Shown: piece after piece, positions 32,383 to 42,857 of the stretch
Position numbering within the stretch: the stretch's first letter is position 1
How the letters are laid out: every line of letters starts with the position of its first letter
Origin: an uncultured Spirochaetota bacterium
GTDB lineage: Bacteria > Spirochaetota > Spirochaetia > SZUA-6 > Fen-1364
DNA length: 64,000 bases
Assembly (NCBI GenBank): GCA_963745235.1
Contig: CAVUXE010000045.1
Location: 1 to 64,000 of the forward strand
Reading direction: 5' to 3'
Translations under genes and position numbers: made by a program
Notes under the pieces: model-generated
The model's database searches: none
Seen by the model: the letters and a program-made list of their open reading frames with translations, nothing else
Told to the model about the DNA's origin: nothing

Positions 32383-33153
32383 ATGGACGGATCATCCATG
32401 GGTGGCGCGGGAGACAAACGATATCCGCCCGTGTCCACCCTCGACGCGAAGCGCTTGACGATGGTGGTCAAGGAAATCTTCTCTTCGGTGCCTTCAACCT
32501 ACGATCGGCTGAACCACCTTCTGAGCTTCCGCCGCGACGTGGCGTGGAGACGGGAGACTGTCAGGCGAATGCGCTTCTTCTCAACACACGCCTTTCTGGA
32601 CGTCGCGACGGGCACCGGAGATCTCGCCATAGAGGCCGCGCTGCGAAATCCAAAGGTTGCCGTCACTGGCGTGGACTTCGTTGAGGCGATGCTCGAGGTG
32701 GGGCGGCAGAAGGTTCAGGCGCGGGGCCTCCAGGAACGAATCAGCCTGCGGTATGGCGATGCGCTCGCGCTGCCTTTTTCTGATGCGAGCTTCGATGTGA
32801 CTGCCATTGCCTTCGGCATGCGCAACATACCGGACAGGCTGCGCGCGTTGCGGGAGATGGCCAGGGTGACAGCCCCGGGCGGCCAGGTCATGATCCTGGA
32901 GTTCACCTTCGCTCCGGCGCGCGGATTCCGATCGTTGTATGGGTTCTACCTCAGGAGGGTGCTTCCGGGTTTCGCCAGGCTCGCCGTCCGCGACACTTCC
33001 GCCTATCACTACCTTGCGGACTCCATCATGGCCTACCCGGAGCCTGATGCCTTCGACTCCCTCATGAACCAGGCGGGTCTGGTCCTGGTCCAGCATTTCC
33101 CCATGACTCTGGGCACTGTCTATCTCCACGCAGGTCGCACCCCCGGCCCCTGA
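32383..33153 (+). CDS. ubiE: UbiE/MenG family quinone C-methyltransferase (start uncertain)
   Basis: YDRLNHLLS, LDVATGTGD, AFGMRN and AYHYLADSI. Confidence 0.88.
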   Translation: MDGSSMGGAGDKRYPPVSTLDAKRLTMVVKEIFSSVPSTYDRLNHLLSFRRDVAWRRETVRRMRFFSTHAFLDVATGTGDLAIEAALRNPKVAVTGVDFVEAMLEVGRQKVQARGLQERISLRYGDALALPFSDASFDVTAIAFGMRNIPDRLRALREMARVTAPGGQVMILEFTFAPARGFRSLYGFYLRRVLPGFARLAVRDTSAYHYLADSIMAYPEPDAFDSLMNQAGLVLVQHFPMTLGTVYLHAGRTPGP

Positions 33154-33239
33154 CCCCTTTGGATCAACGTCGGCTCGCGCGCGCCCGTGCGGCCGTGTAT
33201 GCGCGCCCTTGCCGCACACATCGTTTTGGTGTAAATTAG

Positions 33240-33252
33240 TTTTACTGTAAAA
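33240..33252. promoter_or_regulatory. Putative MarR operator abutting the start codon
   Basis: TTTTAC-T-GTAAAA palindrome. Confidence 0.45.
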
Positions 33253-33716
33253 TGAATGCTCCCGATAGAACCCTGGCGCGAGACCAGGAGATAGCAAACC
33301 GCATCCTGGAGCTTTTCAGAGCGATGAAGCGCTACATCCGCGGCGAGTTCCCGCCCCTTTCCGAGCGGGGAATGAGCGAGGAAAAGCTTCGCTGCCTGGC
33401 GGCCCTTCGGTTTCTCGGGAAGAGCCACCTCAAATCACTGGCCGCCTATGACGGCCTTTCCGCGTCCAGTACCTGCATCATGCTCAATCAGCTCGTGCAC
33501 GAAGGCTTCGTGAGCCGCAGCGATGATGAGGCGGATCGAAGGAACGTCTTCTACGTTCTGACCGACGCCGGCCTCGCGGCCGTGGATACGGCGCTTGCCC
33601 GGCGAGTCGACTTGCTGTGTGGGAGGCTGGAGAGGTTCGGCGAGACCGAGAAAGCGCGCCTTGCGGGCGCCCTTGCAACGGTCATGGCGGGAGTCGAGAA
33701 GCTCAGAACACCATAG
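33252..33716 (+). CDS. MarR family regulator
   Basis: LVHEGFVSR...DRR...LTDAG winged-helix motif. Confidence 0.88.
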   Translation: MNAPDRTLARDQEIANRILELFRAMKRYIRGEFPPLSERGMSEEKLRCLAALRFLGKSHLKSLAAYDGLSASSTCIMLNQLVHEGFVSRSDDEADRRNVFYVLTDAGLAAVDTALARRVDLLCGRLERFGETEKARLAGALATVMAGVEKLRTP

Positions 33717-33735
33717 AACGGAGTCAAGCATTCAA

Positions 33736-35226
33736 ATGGGCATGATAAACGACAGATCGACGGGGGAGGGCTACGAATGGGTCGCTCTCTCCGTCACCAC
33801 CATCGGCTCGCTCCTGGCATCGATTCAGGGCTCGGCCCTGATCATCGGGCTCCCGGATGTCCTGGTCAACCTGAAGGCGGAGTTTCTCACGATCATCTGG
33901 GTCCTTCTTGCATACCTCCTGGTGACCACGGCCGTCGTCCCGGTGATTGGACGCCTGGCCGACATGTTCGGGCGGAAGAACCTCTATAACGCCGGCTTTG
34001 CCATCTTCACCCTCGGGTCCCTCCTGGCGGGGCTCGCCCAGGTGCGCTTTCACGGCTGGGACCTGGTGGGCGCGCGGATCGTCCAGGGGATCGGCGGAGC
34101 GCTGCTTTTCGCCAACAGCGCCGCCATCGTCACGGATGCCTTCCGCCACGGGAGGATCGGCCTGGGTCTGGGAGTGAACCAGATCGCCATTGCGGCGGGG
34201 TTCGTCCTCGGACCCGTTGTCGGCGGCCTGCTGACCGCCATCAACTGGCGGTGGATCTTTTTCATCAACGTGCCCCTGGGCGTTGGCGGAACAATCTGGG
34301 GCCTCATGCGCCTGCGGGAGCCGGAGACCCTCCCCGGCGGCCAGCACTTCGACCTCTGGGGAAGCATCACCTTCACGATCGGGATGGGAGGGCTCCTCAT
34401 GGGTCTTTCCCTTTTCGCCTTCCCCTCCGGAGCTCCCTTCCTGCCCTACGTGCTGATGGGCGCTTCCATCCTGATCCTCGCCGCCTTCATCCTCATTGAG
34501 CGCCGGGTCCGGGAACCCATGCTGGACTTCGGTCTCTTTCGCCATCGGCTTTTCGCCCTCGCGAACCTCGCCGCGGGGCTGAACGGGCTTGCGCGCGGGG
34601 CCGTGCTCTTTCTTCTGACCTTCTTCCTGCAGGGCCCGTATGGGAAAGACCCCCTCCAGGCCGGCATCCTGACCGCTCCCTTCGGTCTTGCCTTTCTTGC
34701 GGTCGGCCCGTTCTCAGGCTTTCTCTCTGACCGCCACGGCTCGCGGGGCCTGGCCACCGCGGGACTGCTCGTTTCCAGCGTGGGACTGCTCGGCCTTGCA
34801 ACCATCACGTCGAATACCAGCTACCTGCTGCTGGCGGTCTTCATGATCCTGATGGGAGGCGGCTCGGGTCTTTTCAGCTCGCCGAATACGAACGCCATCA
34901 TGTCCTCCGTGGTGGCGGAGCGCCGGGGAATCGCGTCGGCCACGAACATCATGCTGGGGAACACCGGCCAGATGTTCAGCATCGCCATCGCTTTCCCCCT
35001 GGTCCTGAGCCGAATTCCGCAAAGCGTCATGTACCACGTGTTTCTCTACGGCGGCGGAATGAGCGACTCGCCGGGAGTCCTCCGGGTCTTCCAGGGCGGG
35101 CTGCATGAAGCTTTCATTGTTTCTTTCGCCGTGACGCTGGTTGCCGCGGCCGCATCATTCCTTCGGCCAACACGAGAGACCGCCCCGGACGCGCGTGATG
35201 CGCAGGGTGGATCAGTGCCTTCCTGA
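33736..35226 (+). CDS. MFS transporter, DHA2 (14-TM) type
   Basis: GRLADMFGRK, RIVQGIGG and GPVVGG...WRWIFFINVP. Confidence 0.92.
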   Translation: MGMINDRSTGEGYEWVALSVTTIGSLLASIQGSALIIGLPDVLVNLKAEFLTIIWVLLAYLLVTTAVVPVIGRLADMFGRKNLYNAGFAIFTLGSLLAGLAQVRFHGWDLVGARIVQGIGGALLFANSAAIVTDAFRHGRIGLGLGVNQIAIAAGFVLGPVVGGLLTAINWRWIFFINVPLGVGGTIWGLMRLREPETLPGGQHFDLWGSITFTIGMGGLLMGLSLFAFPSGAPFLPYVLMGASILILAAFILIERRVREPMLDFGLFRHRLFALANLAAGLNGLARGAVLFLLTFFLQGPYGKDPLQAGILTAPFGLAFLAVGPFSGFLSDRHGSRGLATAGLLVSSVGLLGLATITSNTSYLLLAVFMILMGGGSGLFSSPNTNAIMSSVVAERRGIASATNIMLGNTGQMFSIAIAFPLVLSRIPQSVMYHVFLYGGGMSDSPGVLRVFQGGLHEAFIVSFAVTLVAAAASFLRPTRETAPDARDAQGGSVPS

Positions 35227-36183
35227 GAGGCGCGCCTCGATCTCGAAAGCGGTTTTTCTATCGGGCATTCCCCGACAGCCACCCGGAGCAGTTACAGTGC
35301 AGGCTGCAACGATGCTGGCAAAGCGCGCGCACTCTTTCAGCCCTTTTCCTTCCAGGAATGCCGCCAGAAATCCCGCGTCAAAAGCGTCTCCTGCGCCAAT
35401 GCTGTCGACCAGCTCACCAATCTTCACGCCCGGTTGATGGAAGTGCTGGTCCTTTTCATAGATATCCGAGCCTGCCTCTCCCCGCTTGATGATCACGGCA
35501 CGGACTCCAGTTTCAAGGAGCGAAACGGCCGCCAGCGGAAGGTCCACAGCGCCGGTGAGACCGAGGGCCTCCCGCTCATCGCAGAACAGGAAGTCCAGCG
35601 CGGGGAGAATCCGGCGCATGGACGCCATCCAGGGCGGCGGAGCTTCGCGCAAGGGGAATTGGGAGTCCACCGAGGTGAAGATCCCGCGTCTGTGCGCTTC
35701 CTCATAGAGCTCGACGATGTCGCTGTCATACATTTGCGCGAAATGAAGGAAGCCGCCGCTATGAAGAGATCGCGTGTCCAGAAGGGTCTCTCTCTCTCCA
35801 GCATCATAACGCTGCGGCCACGGATCATGAGTTGGAAGCTGATAGAACAGGGGCCGCTTGCGGCTGCCGAATGCCAGCACGTATGCCCCAATGCCTGTCC
35901 GCGCCCCCTCGACGACTCGAACGTCATTGGTGTCCACGCCGCTCTCCCGGAGCTGGCGGACGATGACCGGGCCGAAGACATCGCCGGCAACGTTCGCGCT
36001 CACCGAGACTCTCAGCCCCAGTTTTGCCATGTCCTGGATCGCGTATCCCACTGAGCCAGCGACTGCCAGCTCCATTGCGGCGGGTCCCTCCCAGCTCCTG
36101 AGCGCGCCCAGGTCTTCGGGAGCTTCCCCCCGAATGAGGATGTCCACGTTCAGCGGTCCGATAGCGGTGACGTCATTTTTCAT
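35212..36183 (-). CDS. PfkB family carbohydrate kinase
   Basis: DSIGAGDAFDAGF and IIKRG. Confidence 0.9.
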   Translation of the reverse strand: MKNDVTAIGPLNVDILIRGEAPEDLGALRSWEGPAAMELAVAGSVGYAIQDMAKLGLRVSVSANVAGDVFGPVIVRQLRESGVDTNDVRVVEGARTGIGAYVLAFGSRKRPLFYQLPTHDPWPQRYDAGERETLLDTRSLHSGGFLHFAQMYDSDIVELYEEAHRRGIFTSVDSQFPLREAPPPWMASMRRILPALDFLFCDEREALGLTGAVDLPLAAVSLLETGVRAVIIKRGEAGSDIYEKDQHFHQPGVKIGELVDSIGAGDAFDAGFLAAFLEGKGLKECARFASIVAACTVTAPGGCRGMPDRKTAFEIEARLSGRH

Positions 36184-36195
36184 GACATCAGCCGC

Positions 36196-37441
36196 TCAGT
36201 GCGTGTCCTTGGGGAACAGCCAATTCCACACGCGGGCGTGTCGGGCGATATTGGCCCGCTGGCAGTCCGGATTGATGTTCCCCTGGGCCACGCCTGCGAA
36301 GTACGCCAGGAGCTGTCCCGGCAGGATGGCGAGGACCGAGAAGAGAATGGGATCACGCTCGGGGAGGCGAAACAGGTCATCAACCTGGGCGCAGATTTTC
36401 TCGTCATCCGAGCTCACAATGCCCATTGAGGGAGACTTGAGCATCATGGTGACCTGGGCAACATCGCGCAGGGCGCTGTAGGCAGGGTCGTCCAACGGCG
36501 CGACGACGATGGTGAGGATGTCGTGTGTCGTCAGTCCGAGGGCGCCGTGGATATGCCTGCCCGGACACATCCCCTTGGCCGGGATGTGGCTCATCTCATC
36601 GTACTTGAGCGCAATCTCCTGAGCGGTTCCCTCATTCGCGCCCCCTCCCACAATGAGAACGCTGCGAATGTGGGCATAGCGCGTCGAAAGGACGCGGGCC
36701 CTTTCGCTTACCCATTCGAACGAGGCTCCCATGCTGCCCGGGCAGTGCGAAGAGCCTGGTCCGAAGGTCCTTCCAGTCTCGGGCCTGCGGCTGTCGGAGC
36801 GCGCCGATTTCCAGCGCCAGCCAGATGGAGGCGGCCAGGCGGGTAGCGTAGTGGAACGTGTCCGATCCACCGGTGTCGAAGCCTCCCGCGCACAGCACTA
36901 CCTCGTCGCATTTCTTCGTGATGGGACTGCCGGCGATGCTTGTGAAAGCAACCTGGTAGGCTCCCAGCTCCCGGGCCTTCGCCGCTGCCCTGTTGCTATC
37001 CGTCGTGCTGCCGCTGCCGGAGTAGGAGAAGAAAACCGTCCGCCGGAAATCCAAAGGGTGCGGAAAGTTCACGACCTCCAGCGAGTCGTAGTCCTTCGCC
37101 TCCCAGCCTGCCCATTCCCAGAAAGCCGCGGACGCGGTCTGGGCAACAAACTGAGAGGTCCCCAGTCCGTGTCCGGCCATTCCTGTAAAGCCTTTCTCCA
37201 CGAGCCTCTGGGCCAGGGCGGGGATGGTCTTCCTGTTCAGCGCAAACGTATCCTCGAGCGCCTTCGCCTGGCTCTTGATGTCGCCGTAGAGATTGAACGG
37301 GTGCTCCGTACGAGGGCGGGAGCCAAGGCTTCTGTACATGATCGGGTACTCGCCCGTGCCCTCGATCAGCCGCGAGAGGTCACCTTCCAGCACCCATCTC
37401 TGCGCCCGCGTTCCGGTCGTGCGATCGTAACCATCACTCAT
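36196..37441 (-). CDS. Double-SIS domain sugar-phosphate isomerase/deglycase (frameshift ~36740)
   Basis: GLGTS, SGSGST, AQEIALKYDEM and QLLAY...INPD. Confidence 0.85.
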
Positions 37442-38987
37442 GAGAGGACTCCTTTGTACTGTTTGTGTATTCAGACGGCCGGGCGGTGCCATCCGCCTCC
37501 CCCAGGGCCAGGCCGAGGATCTTTTCCTGGCTCATGTGAGCCTTGTCGAGCACCGCCGCCACCCGGCCCCCACGCATCACCATGACCGTGTGAGCCAATC
37601 TCACGATCTCGGGGAGCTCGGAGGAAATGAGAAGAACGGCGCGACCTCTGCCCGCCTGGTCTACAATGAGCTGGTACAGCTCGGACTTCACGGCGATGTC
37701 GATCCCCTGCGTCGGTTCGGTCAGGATCAGGACATCGGGGGCAGCGGCAAGACATCGTGCGAGCGCCACTTTCTGCTGGTTGCCGCCACTCAGGCTGTTC
37801 ACAGACATTTCGGTGCCCGCGGTCTTGATGCTGAGAGCCTGCACTTGCCGCACAGCGACTGATTTTTCCTCTGCATGGCTCAGAACGCCGAACTTTCCAG
37901 AGATCCTGGGGAGGATGGACAGGGAGATGTTTCTCCTGATCGTTTCATCATGGAGGATGCTGTCGTTCTTCCTGTCCTCGGGAAGGTAGATCATTCCCCT
38001 CGCGATCCCGCGGGACGGAGTGGGCTCGAGGCGCTTGCCCTTGAGAACGATGCTGCCCCCGTCGATGGGAAGCTCGCCGAACAATGCCTTGCCCAGCTCA
38101 GTCTTGCCGCTTCCCGACAGCCCTGCGACGGCCAGGATTTCTCCGGCGCGGATGCTGAAACTGACCTCCTTCAAAACCGAACCGGAGCACAGCCCTTTCA
38201 CATCCAGCAGGACCGCGCCGGGGGGAGGGGCTTGTGTGCCGGTCTGGGCTTCCACATCTCTTCCGACCATGTCGAAGATCAGGGACTTCCTCGTGAACTG
38301 CGAAAGAGGCGCGGTGCGGATGTGGCGGCCATCTCTCATCACGGTCACGCGGTCTGCAATCTCGAAGACCTCGTCCAGGTGGTGGGAAATATAGAGGATG
38401 GTAACTCCCCGTTTTTTGAGGCGCCGGATGTTCCTGAACAAAGCGTCCACCTCGGAGCGATTCAGGGCGGATGTCGGCTCATCCATGATCAGGAGCTCGG
38501 TATTGTTGAGGAGGGCCTTTGCGATCTCCACGATCTGCTGCTCGCCGACGCGAAGCTCTCGGATGACTGCCTCAGGAGACACGTCCGGCGCATCAAGGGT
38601 ATCCAGGATGGCCCGCGTTCTCTTTCGCATGTCTCCGCCGTTGAGCCAGACGCCGCCCGTGACAGGCTCCTTGCCAAGGAACACGTTGCGGGCAACCGAC
38701 TGGTCGGGCAGGAGGTTGAAGATCTGGTAGATGGTCGAAACACCCGCCTTCAGGGCGTCCTTCGGGTCTCGAGGCAGATAGCGGGTTTCGTTGAGCCAGA
38801 TGGTCCCGGCTTCCGGCGCCGCCGCCCCCGCCAGAAGCTTGATGAGGGTGGACTTCCCGGCGCCATTCTCGCCTACCAGGGCATGGAGGTCCCCGCGTTG
38901 AATGTCGAAGGACACTTCCTTCAACGCGCGGACTCCCGGGTATGACTTGCTGACATTTTCGAAACGCACGTGGACCGGGCCGTCCAT
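37434..38987 (-). CDS. Sugar ABC transporter ATP-binding protein (RbsA type)
   Basis: GENGAGKST, MDEPT and LSGGNQQK. Confidence 0.95.
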   Translation of the reverse strand: MDGPVHVRFENVSKSYPGVRALKEVSFDIQRGDLHALVGENGAGKSTLIKLLAGAAAPEAGTIWLNETRYLPRDPKDALKAGVSTIYQIFNLLPDQSVARNVFLGKEPVTGGVWLNGGDMRKRTRAILDTLDAPDVSPEAVIRELRVGEQQIVEIAKALLNNTELLIMDEPTSALNRSEVDALFRNIRRLKKRGVTILYISHHLDEVFEIADRVTVMRDGRHIRTAPLSQFTRKSLIFDMVGRDVEAQTGTQAPPPGAVLLDVKGLCSGSVLKEVSFSIRAGEILAVAGLSGSGKTELGKALFGELPIDGGSIVLKGKRLEPTPSRGIARGMIYLPEDRKNDSILHDETIRRNISLSILPRISGKFGVLSHAEEKSVAVRQVQALSIKTAGTEMSVNSLSGGNQQKVALARCLAAAPDVLILTEPTQGIDIAVKSELYQLIVDQAGRGRAVLLISSELPEIVRLAHTVMVMRGGRVAAVLDKAHMSQEKILGLALGEADGTARPSEYTNSTKESSHE

Positions 38988-38991
38988 TGCC

Positions 38992-39968
38992 TCAGGCTTT
39001 CGCCGTCCGCAGCCGGTCCAGGGAAAGAGCGATAATCAGTATGGAGCCCTGGATGATCTTCTGAATGTAGATGTCGATGCTCATGAGGATCATTCCGTTC
39101 TGGATGGTCATCAGGAACACTGACGCAATGAGAGTGTTGATGATCTTGCCCTTGCCCCCGGACAGGCTCGTTCCACCCAGCACGACAGCCGTGAGCACCG
39201 GAAAGAGGAAATCCTCTCCCATGCCTCCCGCCGCCGAGCCCTGACGCGCCACTTGCATGATGCCGGCAAACGCTGCGAGCGCTCCGGCAAGCATGAACGC
39301 GTTCTGCTTGACGCGCGAGACGCTGATGCCCGCGAGCCACGACGCTTTCTCGTTGTTGCCGGTGGCGAAGATGCGCGCCCCGAAAGTGGTGTGGCGCAGT
39401 ACGAGGTGAAATACGATATAGAGGAAAAACATGATCAGGATGGGGGCGGATACCCCCAGGAACCTTCCGCTGGCAATGAAATTGATCGGAGTGATGCCGT
39501 CACCGTAAATCGTTTTTCCTTTCGTATAGACAAACGCGAGCCCGGAAAGTATGTACATCGTTCCGATTGTCGTGATGATGGGGTTGATTTTCAAACGCGT
39601 TACGATGATGCCGTTCCCGAGGCCGATGAGCGCCCCCGCGCCTACCACGACCGCCCCTGCGGCAAGCGGTGGGACGTGGAGGCTCACGAGCTGGGCTCCC
39701 ATCAGGACTCCCCCGACGGTCAGGATTGACGGCAGGGAAATGTCCATGGTTCCCAGCAGGACGATGAAATGTTCGCCAATGGCGACGATGGCGATGATGG
39801 CCGCCTGCCGCAGAACCGTGGTGATGTTGTTCAGGGAAGCGAAGGATCTGGTGGCGAAGGTGAGAAACAGGATCCAGAGAATGAAAATGACGACGAACCC
39901 CTGCTCCCCAACGACGGCGGTCCATTTCCGGGAGGTCCTGGTGGCCTCCAGCGCTGCGTCCTGCTCAT
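38992..39968 (-). CDS. Sugar ABC transporter permease (RbsC type; start uncertain)
   Basis: MDIS, FGARIFATGNNEKA and AVVLGGTSLSGGKG. Confidence 0.9.
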
Positions 39969-40013
39969 GATTGCCTGGGCGAAAGGGGGAGACGGCTGCG
40001 TCTCCCCTCCGCT

Positions 40014-41042
40014 CTACTGTCCAGCGTTCTCGCTGGTGACCAGGTGCACGGGCACGCGAACCTTCTGGGGCAGGGTGCTGCCCGCGAGCAGCTTCACCAC
40101 GGCGTTGACCGCGAGCACGCCCGTCGCGGCGGGGGCAGTATCGACTGTCCCGCGGTACATGGTGCCCTGCTTGATGTACTCCACTGCCTGCTTGTCGGCA
40201 TCTATCCCCACGATAATGGTGTCGGAGGAGGTCCTGCCCGGCATTCTGGAGTGCCTTCATTGCGCCAGGGCTCCGGCGTCGTTGATGCTCGCGACGACGT
40301 TGATGTCCGGATGGGCCTGCAGTGCGGACTCCATGGAGTTCAGGCCGTTCTGCGGAGTGCCGCCCAGGTAATTGCCGACAATGACGGCTCCCGGAGCGGC
40401 CTTGAGAAGCGCCGCGGCCATGTTCTGCGCGCGCACGACGACGTTCGGCAGGTCGGGGTAGTCCAGGATAGCCACATGCGCGCTCCCCTGCAGCTCCTTC
40501 GCGATGAGCTTGCCGGCGTATTCACCGGCGGCGCTTCCGAGATCCGCGTCTTCAATGCTGATGGAAACACCGCCGAGCTCCGTCACGTCTCGGCCCGCGT
40601 ACTGCACAATCTTGACGCCCTTCTTCGCCGCATCCATAAGGGCGGACCGCACGCTGGGCGGATCGAAGAGACCGATGATGATTGCCGCGGCCCCGCTTGC
40701 GGTGAAGCTTTCGATTGCGCTGATCTGCTTGTCGACCTTGATCTCCGAGTCGAAGGTGCGCACGGGCAGCCCCAGTTTCCTGGCGTAGCTCACTGCGCTC
40801 TCCGCCACAGTGGCGTGGTACTCGGTGGAGTACGTGATGGCAATCACGCCGACGAAGGAGCTCTCTTTCGTCAGGCGAGACCGTGCGGCAGCCACTTCCC
40901 TGTCCGTGGGAGACAGGTCCGCCGCCACGCCCAACCCTGCCGTCAGCAGCGTTGGTTCGGGATACTTCCCACCTTGCGCCTGCGCTATTGCAAGCGACGA
41001 GCACATCAGCAGCACGACAGCTGCCACTACAAATCGCTTCAT
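40014..41042 (-). CDS. Sugar ABC substrate-binding protein (frameshift ~40255)
   Basis: Signal peptide MKRFVVAA; HPDINVVASINDAGALA and IVGID. Confidence 0.88.
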
Positions 41043-41068
41043 TCGCTCCTCCTTGAAAAAGAGAATCT

Positions 41069-42079
41069 TCACGCCGACTTCTCCGGCTTCAGCTCCCTCG
41101 GGTGATTTCCAGAGGACTCGCCCCGGTTTTCCGCCCTCTGCAGGACATTGCGAATGGTAGCCTCGTCCGACACCAGCACGTTGATGAACCGCCCGCGGAG
41201 GGCTCCGAGGATGGGTCCGACCTTGTCCGCGCCGCACGCTACGCCGATGCAGAGGCGCGCCCTGCGGAGATCCGAAAGCTCGATCCCGATGATCCGCTCC
41301 GCGAAGGAAGTCCGGCGCTCCCGACCGTGACTGTCGAAGAAGCGACCGCAGATGTCGCCGACGGCCGAGCTTTTCACCTCGTCCAGCTCTCTCTGCCGGA
41401 TCATCCCCGTCCGCACGTACAGCCTGTCGCTCTGCAGGCTGCCGATGCCCACGACATAAATGTCCCCGTGACGGGCCATATCCAGGACATGGCGTATGGT
41501 CGGGTTCGCTCGAATGATGTCACTTGCCGTGCCGGAGCCGATGCCGAGAATGGCGGGTGAGCTGAGGAAATACGGCCGTGCACCGAAGGGATGGGCGGCA
41601 GCGCGGGTGATCTCGTTATAGTCGATGCCATGGGCCTCATGCCCAAGGTTGCCCATTGCCTGGACGACTGATATCTCGGACACCGTGCGCGTCAGGAGCG
41701 CGTTGGCCAACGAGCGAAGCGTGCGTCCGCATCCAATGACCAGGCGCTGCCCCGGGCGCACGGCGTCATGCAGGTAGTTGGCCGCATATCGGCCGACTGT
41801 CTCTCTCGTGCTTTCCGGGTCAGCGGTAAGCTCCGGCGCGATCACGGCATCTGTGAGGTGGGGGAAGAGCTTCCGGAGGGACTGGTCAAGCTCATCGAAG
41901 GCCGCAGCCGGATCCACGATGCGAATCTGGACAATACCGCGCTTGCGGACCTCCGTGAGGTACCGGGAGATCTGGCTGGGGGTGACCCCTGCGCTGCGGG
42001 CAATCTCCGACTGGGTGCGATGCTCGAGGTAGTAAGCCCTGGCAATCTCCATCAGCAGGACGGTCTTCTTGTCCCTCAC
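41069..42079 (-). CDS. SorC/DeoR-type sugar-binding transcriptional regulator
   Basis: ARAYY...TQSEIA HTH; AVGDICGRFFD; LVSDE. Confidence 0.92.
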   Translation of the reverse strand: MRDKKTVLLMEIARAYYLEHRTQSEIARSAGVTPSQISRYLTEVRKRGIVQIRIVDPAAAFDELDQSLRKLFPHLTDAVIAPELTADPESTRETVGRYAANYLHDAVRPGQRLVIGCGRTLRSLANALLTRTVSEISVVQAMGNLGHEAHGIDYNEITRAAAHPFGARPYFLSSPAILGIGSGTASDIIRANPTIRHVLDMARHGDIYVVGIGSLQSDRLYVRTGMIRQRELDEVKSSAVGDICGRFFDSHGRERRTSFAERIIGIELSDLRRARLCIGVACGADKVGPILGALRGRFINVLVSDEATIRNVLQRAENRGESSGNHPRELKPEKSA

Positions 42080-42093
42080 CCGTTCGCATCCCC

Positions 42094-42129
42094 GTTGTGC
42101 ATATTTGTGAATTCACATTTATGCACAAC
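42094..42129. promoter_or_regulatory. 36-bp palindromic putative operator
   Basis: GTTGTGCATA-TT-TGTGAATTCACA-TT-TATGCACAAC. Confidence 0.7.
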
Positions 42130-42187
42130 TATGAGAGACTACACCCGGGGGAATGCAAATGCAAGAGCTTTTCTCACGGAGGCCGTT

Positions 42188-42826
42188 GTGAGGCTGATCC
42201 TCGTACGGCACGGGGAAACCGACTGGAACCGCCACGCCCGACTGCAGGGAAGCTCCGATCTGCCTCTCAGCCAGACGGGGAGGGCTCAGGGCCTGGCCGT
42301 CTCCAAGACGTTGAGCCGGGAAAAGATCGATGCTCTGGTGTCCAGCCCCCTCCTCCGGGCCGCGGAAACAGCCCGGATGATCAGCGACGCCCGGCCCGCC
42401 GGGCCCTCTCCGAGGTTTGAACCGCTTTTGGCGGAGATCCACCTGGGCGCCTGGGAGGGACTGACGCTCGAAGAGCTGCGGGAACGGTTCCCACGGGAGC
42501 TCGATCGGTGGAGAACCGACCCCCGGGCGGTTCCGCCTGGCGGAGAGCCCCGCCGGTCAACGGCTGCGAGGATACGCTCGTTCATAGGCCGCCTGGCCGG
42601 GGACAGCACTGAAACCGTCGTTATCGTGGGGCATCTGCTGGTCTTTCAGGCTTTGATCTGCGCGCTCATGGGGATCTCCCCCCGGTCGAGGTGGCCCTTC
42701 CACCTGTACGCGGCGTCCCTGTCAGAGCTGCGGACCGAGGGAAGCACAACCTCCATCATTCAACTGAACAACCTTTCACATCTGGTCGCTGCCGGCCTTG
42801 ACGTCGAGTCAATACGAGACCGTTGA
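42188..42826 (+). CDS. Histidine phosphatase family protein
   Basis: LVRHGET, SSPLLRA, E..LGAWEG and VGH. Confidence 0.92.
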   Translation: MRLILVRHGETDWNRHARLQGSSDLPLSQTGRAQGLAVSKTLSREKIDALVSSPLLRAAETARMISDARPAGPSPRFEPLLAEIHLGAWEGLTLEELRERFPRELDRWRTDPRAVPPGGEPRRSTAARIRSFIGRLAGDSTETVVIVGHLLVFQALICALMGISPRSRWPFHLYAASLSELRTEGSTTSIIQLNNLSHLVAAGLDVESIRDR

Positions 42827-42857
42827 AATACGCTACCATTCTTCTGAGGGGGTCACC

